This document shows, piece by piece, positions 36,701 through 46,352 of a stretch of 64,000 nucleotides of DNA; the first letter of the stretch is position 1; each line of letters starts with the position of its first letter. The notes beneath the pieces are model-generated. The model worked only from the letters and a program-made list of their open reading frames with translations. It made no database searches and was not told where the DNA came from. This stretch comes from Mobula hypostoma (lineage: Eukaryota): assembly GCF_963921235.1 (NCBI RefSeq), contig NC_086114.1:34038001-34102000 (forward strand), given 5' to 3'. The position numbers and the translations under genes were made by a program.

Positions 36701-39674
36701 AACTGTTCTCAAATCCTCTTTTGTGAAAGTGCCTCATCAGCACTGATGTATGTGAATCCCTAACCCCATGATGAATCATTTCAAATGGTATTTGAGATCC
36801 ACAAGTCTCTCTCGAGAACATGCACAAGTCCAAATCAAAAACAAGATCAAGTCCAGATCAAGTCCACATCCCAAATTACCTACCCTCCCACCCAAACAAT
36901 CTAGCAACTCCTACCTCACTTGTGATAGATTTTGTAGGTCTTACGTCAATCTCATCAACTACCTCCAAATCTACAAAAGTAGAGTGGAACCAAATCATTC
37001 TGGATTCTAAGGGTTGGACGAAGAATTTTTTAAAGTCCTCCAATTTCATCAAGTGGCTTTTCAATAAGCTAATGTCAATTTTGTGAATATTGCTATATTT
37101 AATTGAGTTTTAGTAAGCCATGCTTCCTGTGCTATGACCCTGTTCTATTGCCTATATGTACATTTTGAGAAGTGTGGCTACAGGCAGTGTTTACCAATGA
37201 TGTTTACAAAGATTTACTTATGTTGGATGGTGGATACTTTTCACTCCATTAGGTTGACTTGCAGCAGTAGAACTTTGGTTTAAATACAGCAGATGTTGAC
37301 TCTGTGAAATATGTTTGTCAAACCCAGTTTACTTAATGCTACATCTGGTTCATGGTTACTATGGGAACTGAAAAAAAACTTTCTTGTTCAGTGGCCTGCA
37401 TGGATTAAGGCTGTGGGAAATTATTGGAGTACTAGCCAAGATTTACATAATATTGGGGTTACCAACTTGAGAATCATTGTTACCAAAGTGGGAGCTTAGA
37501 TATTAATAGGTGGGTTACATCGTGTTGTGAGTTTTCCTGCATGCTTGCAGGGCTTTTCAAACTGGGGTCCACAGACCCCTCAGTTAATGGTATGGCTCCA
37601 TGGCATAAAGAAAGTTGGGAAGTCCTGCTCTTGAGTGTTGATGATGTTTCTTACCTGAGATATGCCTCTATGTTAAATTTGGGTTTTAGCCTTGGGAAGA
37701 CATTCTGGAGCAGGACACAGCAACAGGTTGCTCTGATCTATCAGTGGGTGGAGAAGGGATTAGAATTAGATGAGTTAGGTGGTGAGGTTGAGGAATATAT
37801 TGTTTCTCTTGTTCTGCAGGAAATGCTGTTTTCCTGTAGTGTCATCAGCAATAGTCAAGATAAAACTGGTTAAATCTGAGGCTGTTTCTGTGGAAAATCT
37901 GAAGCTCAAACAAAAAATAATGAATACTTCATATTTATCTATGGGACATATTGTATATCTGAAATATTCTCATTCCATTGAAGGGTGCCATTTAGCCCAA
38001 GGAATCTGTGCCAGCTCTCGAGATATTCTCTTCTATTCCATTTCCTCCCATCTATTTTCTTGTCACATATTCTTTCCCTCATACCCATATATATCCTGCT
38101 AAATCTTTCACCTGCCATCTACACTATGCGTAATTGACAGCAGGCAGTAACCCAACTTGCAGGAAACTGGAGTACCCAAGGAAAGCCACGTGATCACAGG
38201 GAGAACATGCAAACTCCACAAAGGCAGCACCTGAGGTTAGGATCAAACCTAAATCCTTGGAGTAGTGAGGCAGCAGCACCAAATGCTGTGCAACTGTTCC
38301 ATTCTGGATTTTAAAAAATAATCAAATGGAACTACTAATAATTTCTCCTTCTATAATACTACCTGACTGGCTGAATATTTCTAGAACTTCCTGACTTTAT
38401 TTTAGTTCTGAGGCTGCTGAGTTCATTAAAATATTTTAAATGTTAACCATCTTTGTGGAAAGGCTCTCCATCGTTGTCCTATCTTTACTGAACCAAAGAC
38501 TGAGCCATGGGGAGCCACATTGGGGTTGTGTATAAGTTTTTAAAAACTTTTGATCTCTGTCCTACTGATGACACATCTATTTTGTAGTGTAAGCTTTTCC
38601 AAACCGAGTAACATTCATTGCCAAGAGCACAAGTAGTTGTGTGTGTGAGTGAAAGAGGGAGAGAGAGTCCATGTGTGTCTGATCTAACCATCGTAACTAC
38701 TGAAATTAGCCCATTTTAACTATTGTTCCTACCAGGGCGCTGGTACAGATGAAAGAGGCCTAATTCGAATCATAATCTCTCGAAGTGAAGTAGACATGAT
38801 GGATATCAAAACTGAATTTTGCAACCTTTATGGAAAATCATTATTTTCATATATTGAGGTATGTTCCAAACAGATATAATTTTAAAACCATATGCTATCT
38901 CTGTTATTGGATGACTGAGGACATCTTATATATGTGAGCAATATTCTCTTTTCCTGTTACTTGTTTCCTAAGTAGAGGACAATGTGTTAAACTTTTGAAG
39001 CTTCTGTATTCGCTAACCACACATTTTGGTGTTTGTGGCCATGAACATTGCTGTACCATTCTTAGTACATTTCTAGTTAATAGTGCAACAACTGTATAAT
39101 GAGTGATGAAGAAAGATATTGATTTACTGTGATTTTATGTACTGTTGTTTTGGGATTGCAAAGAAAATCTATAAAATAATTCCTAGTGTCTCTAACACAT
39201 TCCAAACCCTGTATAGCAATTAGCAAGGGCATCAAATCTACCAGGGAACATGGCATACACCACCCAGGCTACCAATTATGGACAAAAAAAAACACATTTT
39301 GTGTAAATTTATTTTTCCATTTACAATATTTTATCCAATATTGAAAGCATGCACTGCCTTCCCATTTGATTGTGCATCTGTGTATCCAGCACTGGACTTC
39401 ATCAGTGTGGAGAATTACTGACAAATGAGAGAACAAAAATCACATAGATTGGATTAAAGAGACAGTTGGAAAACAATTGGGTACACATAGATTGGATTAA
39501 GGAGACAGTTAGAAACAATTCAGAATTGGTTCCAGTACCTGATATGGCTTGGTTGTATAAAGGTGTCAGGTTCTTGATGACATGGTAACATGTCTTATTT
39601 CCCAATAGGATGATGTGGGAGGTGATTTTCGGAAGATCTTGCTACTACTCTGTGGAAAGGATGAAGATGAATAA
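616..39674 (+). CDS. Annexin (ANXA family; paralog uncertain), 5'-incomplete, 10 coding exons in window
   Basis: join(616..710,2339..2452,4128..4218,16306..16385,17203..17259,18823..18916,29650..29745,30477..30535,38736..38858,39609..39674). All introns are GT-AG and phases are consistent. Exon sizes 95/114/91/80/57/94/96/59/123 match the conserved vertebrate annexin pattern. Translation: [291 protein letters not shown]. Confidence 0.97.
2339..2452 (+). CDS. Annexin exon (114 bp)
   Basis: ttttacag|AAC...ATGGAG|gtgagt; [38 protein letters not shown]. Confidence 0.96.
2549..2870 (+). mobile_element. V-SINE (HE1-like) relic
   Basis: V-domain-like core 'ctgtgtggagtttgtatgctctc...gtgggtttcctccagatggtctggattccttccacattcaaaagatgtgc', shared with copies at 22650, 38130 and 53870. 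Confidence 0.7.
3490..4060 (-). mobile_element. Penelope-like element fragment (GIY-YIG endonuclease region)
   Basis: Minus-strand translation [37 protein letters not shown] shows the GIY-YIG motif with CxxC insert. Confidence 0.8.
4128..4218 (+). CDS. Annexin exon (repeat 2, 91 bp)
   Basis: ttaatag|GGT...TCAG|gtaatg; [30 protein letters not shown]. Confidence 0.96.
4385..6050 (-). mobile_element. CR1-clade LINE, 3' end plus internally deleted upstream pieces
   Basis: ORFs 4549..5214 ([23 protein letters not shown]), 5087..5443 (KFADDTK) and 5827..6081 (GDFNFP endonuclease); CR1-type 3' tail at 4385. Confidence 0.9.
6825..7197 (-). mobile_element. Rex1/Babar-type LINE 3' fragment
   Basis: [17 protein letters not shown]...FRNSFF C-terminus; (CTGATT)n-type tail at 6825. 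Confidence 0.75.
8017..10092 (-). mobile_element. CR1-clade LINE (endonuclease, RT and 3' tail, with internal deletion near 8360)
   Basis: ORF 9541..10038 (GDFNFP, SDHNSI) and ORF 8360..9163 ([18 protein letters not shown]); same subfamily as 62945-64000. Confidence 0.92.
10412..10628. mobile_element. Short PLE-derived fold-back (inverted pLTR) insertion
   Basis: 16-bp direct repeat ATGACAGGAATCAAAC at 10396-10411 and 10629-10644; inverted arms 10447-10535 and 10543-10631 (88/89 complementary) with a 7-nt loop. Confidence 0.9.
10536..10573 (+). ncRNA. Minimal type I hammerhead ribozyme (PLE type)
   Basis: TAGTC-CTGACGA-AGG(gtctcgg)CCT-GAAA-CGTC-GACTG. Stem I AGTC/GACT, core CUGACGA and GAAA, 3-bp stem II, palindromic ACGU stem III, GUC cleavage triplet ending at 10568. 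Confidence 0.85.
15740..16226 (-). mobile_element. Tc1/mariner element, 5' portion
   Basis: TA|CACTCAGTGGCCATTTTATTAGGTACACC terminus at 16226; transposase N-terminal remnant [24 protein letters not shown] in ORF 15780..16256. Confidence 0.75.
16306..16385 (+). CDS. Annexin exon (80 bp)
   Basis: ttcttgtag|AG...CTCAAG|gtcagt; [27 protein letters not shown]. Confidence 0.93.
17203..17259 (+). CDS. Annexin exon (57 bp, repeat 2-3 linker)
   Basis: tctttttag|GGG...GCTCAG|gtaagc; [19 protein letters not shown]. Confidence 0.94.
18823..18916 (+). CDS. Annexin exon (repeat 3, 94 bp)
   Basis: cattttag|GAG...AAAG|gtagtg; [31 protein letters not shown]. Confidence 0.96.
20015..20057. mobile_element. 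43-bp hAT-type MITE
   Basis: TIRs CAGGGGTTCCC / GGGAACTCCTG (10/11 match); 8-bp flanks GCTTAAAT / TCTTAAAT. Confidence 0.75.
20770..22030 (+). mobile_element. Old CR1 3' fragment interrupted by a Rex1/Babar 3' fragment (20881-21310)
   Basis: CR1 residues [20 protein letters not shown] (ORF 21440..21658); the insert encodes the [24 protein letters not shown] terminus and ends aataaatttgattctgat. Confidence 0.75.
22650..22965 (+). mobile_element. V-SINE relic
   Basis: 'cactgtgtggagtttgcattctttcc...gtgggttttctcagttgc' V-domain-like core. Confidence 0.6.
23672..27451 (-). pseudogene. L1 ORF2p (endonuclease-RT-zinc finger) with a few lesions
   Basis: Starts [15 protein letters not shown]; LQETH and SDHSP endonuclease motifs; uninterrupted 732-aa RT segment 24068..26266 (DAEKAFD, RQGCP, FADD); CW*RCG...H.FWDC finger. 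TGA stops at ~26908, ~26602 and 24068; frameshifts near 27375 and 26280. Confidence 0.92.
27815..28800 (-). pseudogene. L1 ORF1p (one frameshift near 28630)
   Basis: MMSKNKNKK... then [16 protein letters not shown]...IERAHR...DHDYAP, the L1 ORF1 RRM/CTD signature. Confidence 0.9.
29650..29745 (+). CDS. Annexin exon (96 bp)
   Basis: ttcttatag|TT...TTAG|gtaagg; [32 protein letters not shown]. Confidence 0.95.
30477..30535 (+). CDS. Annexin exon (59 bp)
   Basis: ttcactgcag|TT...ATGTCG|gtaagc; [20 protein letters not shown]. Confidence 0.94.
31340..31440 (+). mobile_element. Deu-domain SINE relic (SacSINE1-like)
   Basis: 'aaaagctgatatcagtaaagatgaccatgaaactactgcattactgtttaaaaacccaactg' resembles the recalled Deu-SINE central domain. 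Confidence 0.5.
31532..31870 (-). mobile_element. Rex1/Babar-type LINE 3' fragment
   Basis: attagaatcaggtttatt tail and similarity to the copies at 6825, 44863 and 52554. Confidence 0.7.
31952..32515 (-). mobile_element. Non-autonomous RTE-related retroelement (564 bp)
   Basis: 10-bp TSD AGCAATCATT (31942-31951 and 32516-32525); ends ...gatggacgaacaac; 11-bp stem-loop 31984-32009 near the 3' end; CpG-rich; no credible ORF. Confidence 0.75.
33262..34854 (+). mobile_element. Full-length degenerate Tc1-like DNA transposon (1.59 kb)
   Basis: TIRs CAGTGCCTTGAAAAAATATTC / GAATAGTTTTACAAGGCACTG|TA; broken transposase from 33632 ([17 protein letters not shown]...GYKTTSK) with QNNDPK and [10 protein letters not shown] motifs. 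Confidence 0.92.
35910..37025 (+). mobile_element. Old RTE-clade LINE 3' fragment
   Basis: Decayed QGC..GPLL and ELEY.D RT motifs, LYPELS..R.PG motif, terminal CDRFCRS..NLINYL zinc-finger relic and RTE-like tail. Confidence 0.55.
37548..37627. mobile_element. 80-bp hAT-type MITE relic
   Basis: CAGGG...CTGGGGTCCACAG...GTTGGGAAGTCCTG; shares its left end with 20015-20057. Confidence 0.55.
38130..38300 (-). mobile_element. V-SINE relic
   Basis: Reverse-complement V-domain 'cacagggagaacatgcaaactccaca' and B-box relic 'aggatcaaacc'. Confidence 0.65.
38736..38858 (+). CDS. Annexin exon (repeat 4, 123 bp)
   Basis: cctaccag|GGC...ATTGAG|gtatgt; [41 protein letters not shown]. Confidence 0.96.
39609..39674 (+). 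CDS. Annexin terminal coding exon
   Basis: tttcccaatag|GAT...; [21 protein letters not shown] then TAA at 39672-39674. Confidence 0.95.
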   Translation, partial: DDVGGDFRKILLLLCGKDEDE

Positions 39675-39941
39675 AGTGGGTTGATTGCTTTACATCAAGG
39701 CCATGACTCTGAGATTGAATATGGTGCATTATTCATGTATCCTCTTCATCATTTATTTCTATTCTGTATGGCGAAGGTGAGGGTGATTTGTTAGATATTG
39801 CAATACGTTGAATGCAGGTTGGATTCTGAAATTTGCAACTAATTTGCCAATGCATTTCTTGTTTGAGCCAGTATTTCCATAAACCCTGGATAAACAGTAC
39901 TGTTTTGTTTCTTTCAAGCCACTCTGCATTGTAATCATTGT

Positions 39942-39986
39942 AATAAAATTCTGTTCAAGTAAAAAGCATTTTATACAAGAAATAAA
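39942..39986 (+). terminator. Candidate polyadenylation signals of the annexin gene
   Basis: AATAAA at 39942-39947 and 39981-39986, about 270-310 bp after the stop codon. Confidence 0.6.
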
Positions 39987-40516
39987 AAAACACAATTTTT
40001 AACACTTAACAATGGGAGAATTAAAAATTTAAATGTTCTAAATTTATTTGAGCTGGTAGGATTATTTCTGGGAGAATGCCTGATGTGTTGCTTATTGTTG
40101 CTCATTGGCTGTAATTTGATTGACATTTACTGTTTTTATAGCTACTGGTGGAGTGGAGGTTAAAGGTCATGGCTTCTCTTTTAGAAAATAAAATTCTTGA
40201 CTTCCTCTACCTAAGTTCACTGTGTTTCCATGTCTTTCTTGAATACATTTTTTGGACAACTATCCTACTCTGTAGATTTTCTCTCCTCCTTAGGTATATA
40301 CTCTATTTCAACAATGTGTTCCAGTTGCTGGAACTGAAAAGTCGCTGTGTGTGAACACAATTAGGACACAAAAAGGACACAATCTTGTCCTTTCCTCTTA
40401 AGGGTAGTGCAGATTTTAAATGCTCATCATTGGTATTTCAAAATTTAAAGAAAAAGAAATCTGAAATGAAACCAACAATTGTTGGAAATACTCAGCAAGT
40501 CAGGCAGCATCTGTGG

Positions 40517-41000
40517 AATCAGAACCAGATTTTTTAACACTAATTTGCATGATGTGAAATTTGTTTTTGGGCAGCAATATAATGCAAAGACATATAATTA
40601 CTATGAATTACAAAATAAATAGTGCATAAAAAGGAATAATGAGGTCGTGTTCATGGGTTCATGGACCGTTCAGAAACATACGCAGAGGGAAATAAACTGT
40701 TTCTGAATCGTTGTGTGTGGCTCTTCAGGCACCTTCCTAATGGCAGGAACAAGATGAGGGCACGTCACACATGGTAAGGATACTGCTTTCTTAGGGCAAC
40801 ACCTCTTGAAGATGTTCTCAATGCTGGGGATGATTGTGTCTCTGTTGAATTTAGCTGAGTCTATAACTCTGCAGCCTCTTGTGATCCTGTGGAATGAAGC
40901 CTCCATACCTGTGGTGCAATCAATCAAAATGCTCTTCACGATACAGCTATAGAAATTTGTGAGAGACTTTCATGACATGCCAAATCTCCTCAAACTCCAA
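40517..41000 (-). mobile_element. Rex1/Babar-type LINE 3' fragment
   Basis: ORF 40670..40939 remnant (IPSIENIFKRCC); similarity to other copies in the window. Confidence 0.65.
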
Positions 41001-41802
41001 CTCAAGTCTCTGGTGTGATATTTCAGTTTCAAACCTTTGTGAAAACAGGGAAAGGGAGAAAACAAGTTGGTTTTGCGGAGCAAAGAGTGTGAGGGGAGGG
41101 ATGGGTAGAACAAAGGGAATAGCACAAATGAGGTCAACTGGGTTAATGTGGTTGTTAGAAGCACACAATGCTGCTTCATCCGTGTTACGTATACCCCACA
41201 GTCCAGGAGTGATGGAAAAACAAACATCTGAGATTAAAATAAAGTGCTGAAAATATTTACCAAGGTCTGAACTAGAACTAGAGCTAATGTTTTAGGGGAG
41301 AAAAATAGGGCTAATATTTCAAGGCAATGAGTGATATTTCTAGATCAGAACTAGGAAACACTTGATATCAACATGCTTGATGCAACAGAAGGAGTCCAAG
41401 ATGACTGAAGACCAGATTCTGCTATACAGTGTGCAGGTACTCACTCAATAACCCCAAAGCCTCTGTTTTTGTCCCTCTTGACACTCTTCTCCGGACCCAA
41501 TCACTTCTCTTGTTTTCTGTCTCCTTTCTTAGTTTCCCCTGCTTTCTCCTGACTGCTTTCTGCTCTCCACAGCTTGGTATTTGCTCTCCAAAGGTGAGGC
41601 CACCTTCCAACCTCTTCTACTGGAAGTCTATCTGCTCTCTAATCACTGATATCCCAACTCATATGAAGGTAGAGTAGTTATGTTGCAGTTGCACAGGATG
41701 TTGCTGAGGCCACTCTTGGAGTTTTGTCTTCAGTTTTGGTCACCCTGCTATAGGAAAGGTGCCATTAACCAGGAAAGATTACAAAATAGGAATTATGAGA
41801 AT

Positions 41803-42626
41803 TTTTTTATTACCAAATTATTCAGGAATCCTACCACCAAACACATCTTTACCTCCTCTCCCCTCCCCCCCCACTCTCTACTTTCTGCAGGGATTACTTC
41901 CTCTGTTATTTCCTTGTCCATTCACCCCTCCCTACTAATCTCCCTACTAGCACATATCCCTGCAAGCAATAGAAATGCTACACCTGACAATTCACCTCCC
42001 TTATCCTCCCTTATCTCCATTCAGGGCTCCAAACAGTCCTTCTAGTTAAGGCAACACTTCACCTGTGAATCTCTTGAGGCCATCTATTGTATCCAGTGCT
42101 CCTGATGTGGCCCCCTCTATACTGACTTAACGTGGGGGACAGCTTTGTCAAGCACCTCCTCTCCAACCGCGAAAAGTGGAATATCACGTGACCGACCATT
42201 TTAATTCCTAACCCCATTCTTGTTCAAGCATGTCGGTCCATGGTCTCCTCTTTTGCCATGATGAGGACACTCTCAGTCTGGAGGAGCTACGCCTCATGTA
42301 CATCAGTTCTGATAATTTTATTCCTCCCCCTTCCCTCCACTATTCCCCACTCTAGCCTCTTACACTTTCTCCTTACCTCCCCCTGGTACCCCTCCTTCTC
42401 TTACTCACATGGTCCACTCTCTTCTCCAGCCATTTACCTTTCCTAACCATCTGACTTCATCTAATAGCTTCTAGCTAGCCTCCCTCCCTTCCACCTTTTT
42501 ATTCTGGCATCTCCCCCTTCCTTTCCAGTCCTGAAAAAGGGTCTCAGGCCAAAATGTTTACTGTTTATTCATCTCCATAGATGCTGCCGGACCTGTTGAG
42601 TTCCTCTAGTATTTTGCATGTGTTGC
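41803..42626 (+). mobile_element. Penelope-like element 3' part inserted in a CR1 fragment
   Basis: 10-bp direct repeat TTATGAGAAT (41793-41802 and 42627-42636); GIY-YIG relic IQGSKQSF*LRQHFTCESLEAIYCIQC; pLTR with decayed hammerhead at 42526-42563. Confidence 0.82.
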
Positions 42627-42726
42627 TTATGAGAATGTGGCTAGGACTCAAGAGACTGGATTATTAGGAGAGATTGAATAGATTGGGACTTCATTCATTG
42701 GAGCATAGAAGACTGAAGGGTGATCC

Positions 42727-44765
42727 ATCCCAAAGAGGAAGAAATATTCTAGAGGAAAGATGACACAACCATGGCTAACAAAAGAGGTCAAAGACAACAA
42801 AAAAAAACAAAAGAGAGGGCATATAATGGGGCAAAAATTTGTGGCAAGTTAGAGGATTTGGAAGCTTTTCAAAACCAACAGAAGGCAACTAAGAAAGTCA
42901 TAAAGAAGGTAAAGATGGAATATGAAAGTAAGATCACCAATAATATTAATGAGGATACCAAAATTTTCTTCAGATAAGTAAAGTGTAAAAGGGATACGAG
43001 ACTGGATATCAGACTGCTGGAAAATTATGCTGGAGAGGTAGTAATGGGAGATGACAAAATGGCAGACGAAGTAAAGAAGCATTTTGCATTAATTTTCACT
43101 GTGAAAGACACTAGCAGTTGGGTGGAAGTTCCAGGTGTCGGGGGCATGAAGTGTGTGAAGTTATCATAACTAGAGAGAAGGTTCTTGGGAAACTGAAAGG
43201 TCTGAAGGTAGATAGGTCACCTGGACCAGATGGTGTGCACCACAGGGTTCTGAAAGAGTCGGCTGAAGAGGTCATGGAGAAATGATCTTTCAAGAATCAC
43301 TAGATTCTGGAATGGTTCTAGAATACTGGAAAATTGCAAATGTCATTCCACTCTTCAAGAAGGGAGAGAAGCAATAGAAAGGAAACTATAGGCCAGTTAG
43401 TCTGACCTCAGTGATTGGGAAGATGTTGGAGTCGATTATTAAGGGTGAGGTTTCAGGATACTTGGAAGCACATGATAAAATAGGCTGTATTCAGCATGGT
43501 TCCTCAAGGGAAAATGTTGCCAGACAAAACTGTTGAAATTATTTGAAGAAACAAGCAAGATAGATAAAGGAGACTCAGTTAATGTGTACTTGGATTTTCA
43601 GAAGGCCTTTGACAAGGTGCCACACATGAGGCTGCATAACAAGCTATGAGCCCATGGTATTACAGAAAAGTTTCCAGCATAGGTAAAGCAGTGGTTGATT
43701 GGCAGGGAATAAAGAGAGCCTTTTCTGGTTGGCTGCTGGTGAGTAATGGTGTTCCTCGGGGGTCTGTGTTGGGACCGATTCTTTTTATGCTATATGTCAA
43801 TGATTTGGATTACGAAATTGATAGCTTTGTTGCAAAGTCTGCGGACAGTATGAAATTAGGTGGTAGGGCAGGTAGCTTTGAGGAAGTAGAGAGGCTACAG
43901 AAGGACTAGACAGATTAGGAGAATGGACTAGGACTAGGATTAGGAGAAAGTAGCAGATGGAATGCAGTGTCGGGAAATGCATGGTCAGGCATTTTGGTAG
44001 AAGAAGTGAAAGGGTTGACTATTTTCTAAATAGAGAGAAAGTGCAAATAATAAAGGGAATTGGGAGTCCTTGTGTAGGATTCCCTAAAGGCTAATTTGCA
44101 GGTCGAGTCTGTAGTGAGGAAGGCAAATGCAATGTTGAAATGCATTCATTTCAAGAGGACTGGAATATAAAAGCAAGAATGTACTGTTGAGACTTTATAA
44201 AGCACTGGTGAGGCCTCATTTGGAGTATTGTGAGCAGTTTATCTTATAAAGGATGTGCTGAAACTGGAGAGAGTTCAAAGAACGCCCACGAAAATGATTC
44301 CAGGATTGAATGGCTTGTCATATGAAGAGCGTTTGATGGCTCTGGGCCTGTATTCACTAGAATTCAGAAGAATGAGCAGTGACCTCATTGAAACCTATTG
44401 AATCGTGAAAGACCTTGATAGAGTTGATGTGGAGAGGATGTTTCCTATGGTGGGAGTGTCTAAGACCAGAGGACACAGTTTTAGAATAGAGGGGCATCCT
44501 TTTAGAATGGAGGTAAGGAGGAATTTCTTTAGCCAGAGAGTGGTGCATCTGTGGAATACTTTGCCACAGGCAGCTGTGGACACCAAGTCTGTAAGTATAT
44601 TTAAGGCAGAGGTTGATAGATTCTTGATTGTTCAGGGCATGAAGGGATATGGAGAGAAGGCAGGAGATAGGGGCTGAGAAGAACATTGGATCAATCATGA
44701 TAAAATGGTGCAGCAGACTCAATAGGCCAAATATTCCTATTCTGATCCTATGTCTTATGGCTATA
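42727..44765 (+). mobile_element. CR1-clade LINE, 5'-truncated, degenerate RT
   Basis: [30 protein letters not shown] and RGHSFRIEGHPFRMEVRRNFFSQRVV; tcttatgg-type tail. Confidence 0.9.
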
Positions 44766-44862
44766 AGAAAAATCATGAGCAGCATAAATAGAAAAAAAGA
44801 ACACTATCTTTTTCCCAGGGTTGGGAAATCAGAAAAGGTTTAAGGTTAGAGGAGCAAGGTTC

Positions 44863-45510
44863 AATCAGAGTCAGGTTTATTAGCACTGACATACTGTATG
44901 TAATGAAATTTGTCATTTGTGTCAGTGGAAGACATCTAAAAATTACAATAAAATACAATAAGAAATAGAATAAATAGTGCAATAGAGGAATACTAACATG
45001 GTGTTCATGAGTTCATTGACCATTCAGAAAACCAATGGTAGAGTGGAAATTAAATGTGCTCTTCAGGCCCCTGTACCTCCTCCCTAATGGTAGTAATGAG
45101 AAGAGGATACACTATGTCCCAGATGATGAGGGTCCTTAATGATGGATGCCACCTTCTTGAAGCACCACCTTTTGAAGATGTCCTTGATGGTGGGGAGCTT
45201 GTGCCTGGGATAGATCTGGCTGAGTCCACAAACATCTGCAGTTTCTTTTGATTTTGTGCATTGGAGCCTCCATTCTAGGCGGTAATGTTACCACCCAGAA
45301 TGTTCTCCACAGTTCACTTATAGAAATTCAGTAGAGTCTTTGGTGACATGCCAAATCTCCTCAAACAATACATAATACATAATCTCCTCAAACTCTTAAT
45401 GAATATAGCCCTTGGCGTAGTTCTCCGTGATTCCATCGGTATGTTTTATCTAGGGTAGATCATTTGAGATGTTGACTCCCAGGAACTTGAAGCTGCTCAC
45501 TTTTTCCACG
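44863..45510 (-). mobile_element. Rex1/Babar-type LINE 3' fragment
   Basis: VEKVSSFKFLGVNISNDL (ORF 45450..45650) and characteristic tail. Confidence 0.75.
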
Positions 45511-45514
45511 TGCT

Positions 45515-46000
45515 GAAGGTGAAGTTTACCTGGGGTAAGAACTTGGGGCAGCTGAAGGCTTTTGTGGATTCTGGGGCACTGGCTAATTTTCTGAATAGAA
45601 GAACCACCCATCAGTTCAACATTCCGCCGCATTATTAACTCTCCATACATCCCCCTGATCCTCGAGTACCCCCCGTCTGAATCAGTATAATCTATCCATG
45701 GACTGGAGGGAGGAGAAAATCACTGCTTCGTCCAGCCATTGTAAGAGGGTTTGCTTCCGGCTTGGTGTTCCGACCCCTAGACTCTCCCGAGACCAGCAAC
45801 CCTGCTCAGGGTAACCAGGAGCCTTCAGGAAACCCCATCCTACCTTCAAGGGAAGACGAGATGGCTCCAGTCAATAGGCATGTGTGAGTATTGACCCAGT
45901 CCAATCAGGACTGCACTGGAATTAGATCTCTAGTTCAGGAGCAAACCAAGAAGGTACCTAAACAGTATTGAACTCTAGCAGCTAAGCCTAAGCCAAACAT
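45515..46000 (+). mobile_element. Gypsy LTR-retrotransposon fragment (aspartic protease)
   Basis: QLKAFVDSGALANFL at ~45549-45593 (DSG active-site motif). Confidence 0.6.
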
Positions 46001-46166
46001 CCCACCCTGCAAAAACTCATTTCAGAGAAGTAGCACCACCACCCCCACCCCCTTCAACCCCATACCTCACCCCCCGCCACCGGTTGAACTCCAAGGGAGA
46101 ATGTATACAGGACATTTGATTATAAAAGAACACAACAATTTATTTGATCACATATTGAAACTATTT

Positions 46167-46169
46167 ACA

Positions 46170-46216
<47 letters not shown>
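46167..46216. repeat. Compound microsatellite (AC)7(GC)3(AC)11(AT)4
   Basis: Read directly from the sequence. Confidence 0.95.
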
Positions 46217-46352
46217 TCCTTGTTGAGTATTTTGTTGGCAGTCTCAATGCTAATAGCTAAATGCCAATGCAAATAGCTTTTCTATTTCTTTTGCAAACTT
46301 TCCTTGTACTGTGATGTGGCTTGCTTGGCAGATTTGAGCATTTTGCTGGAAG

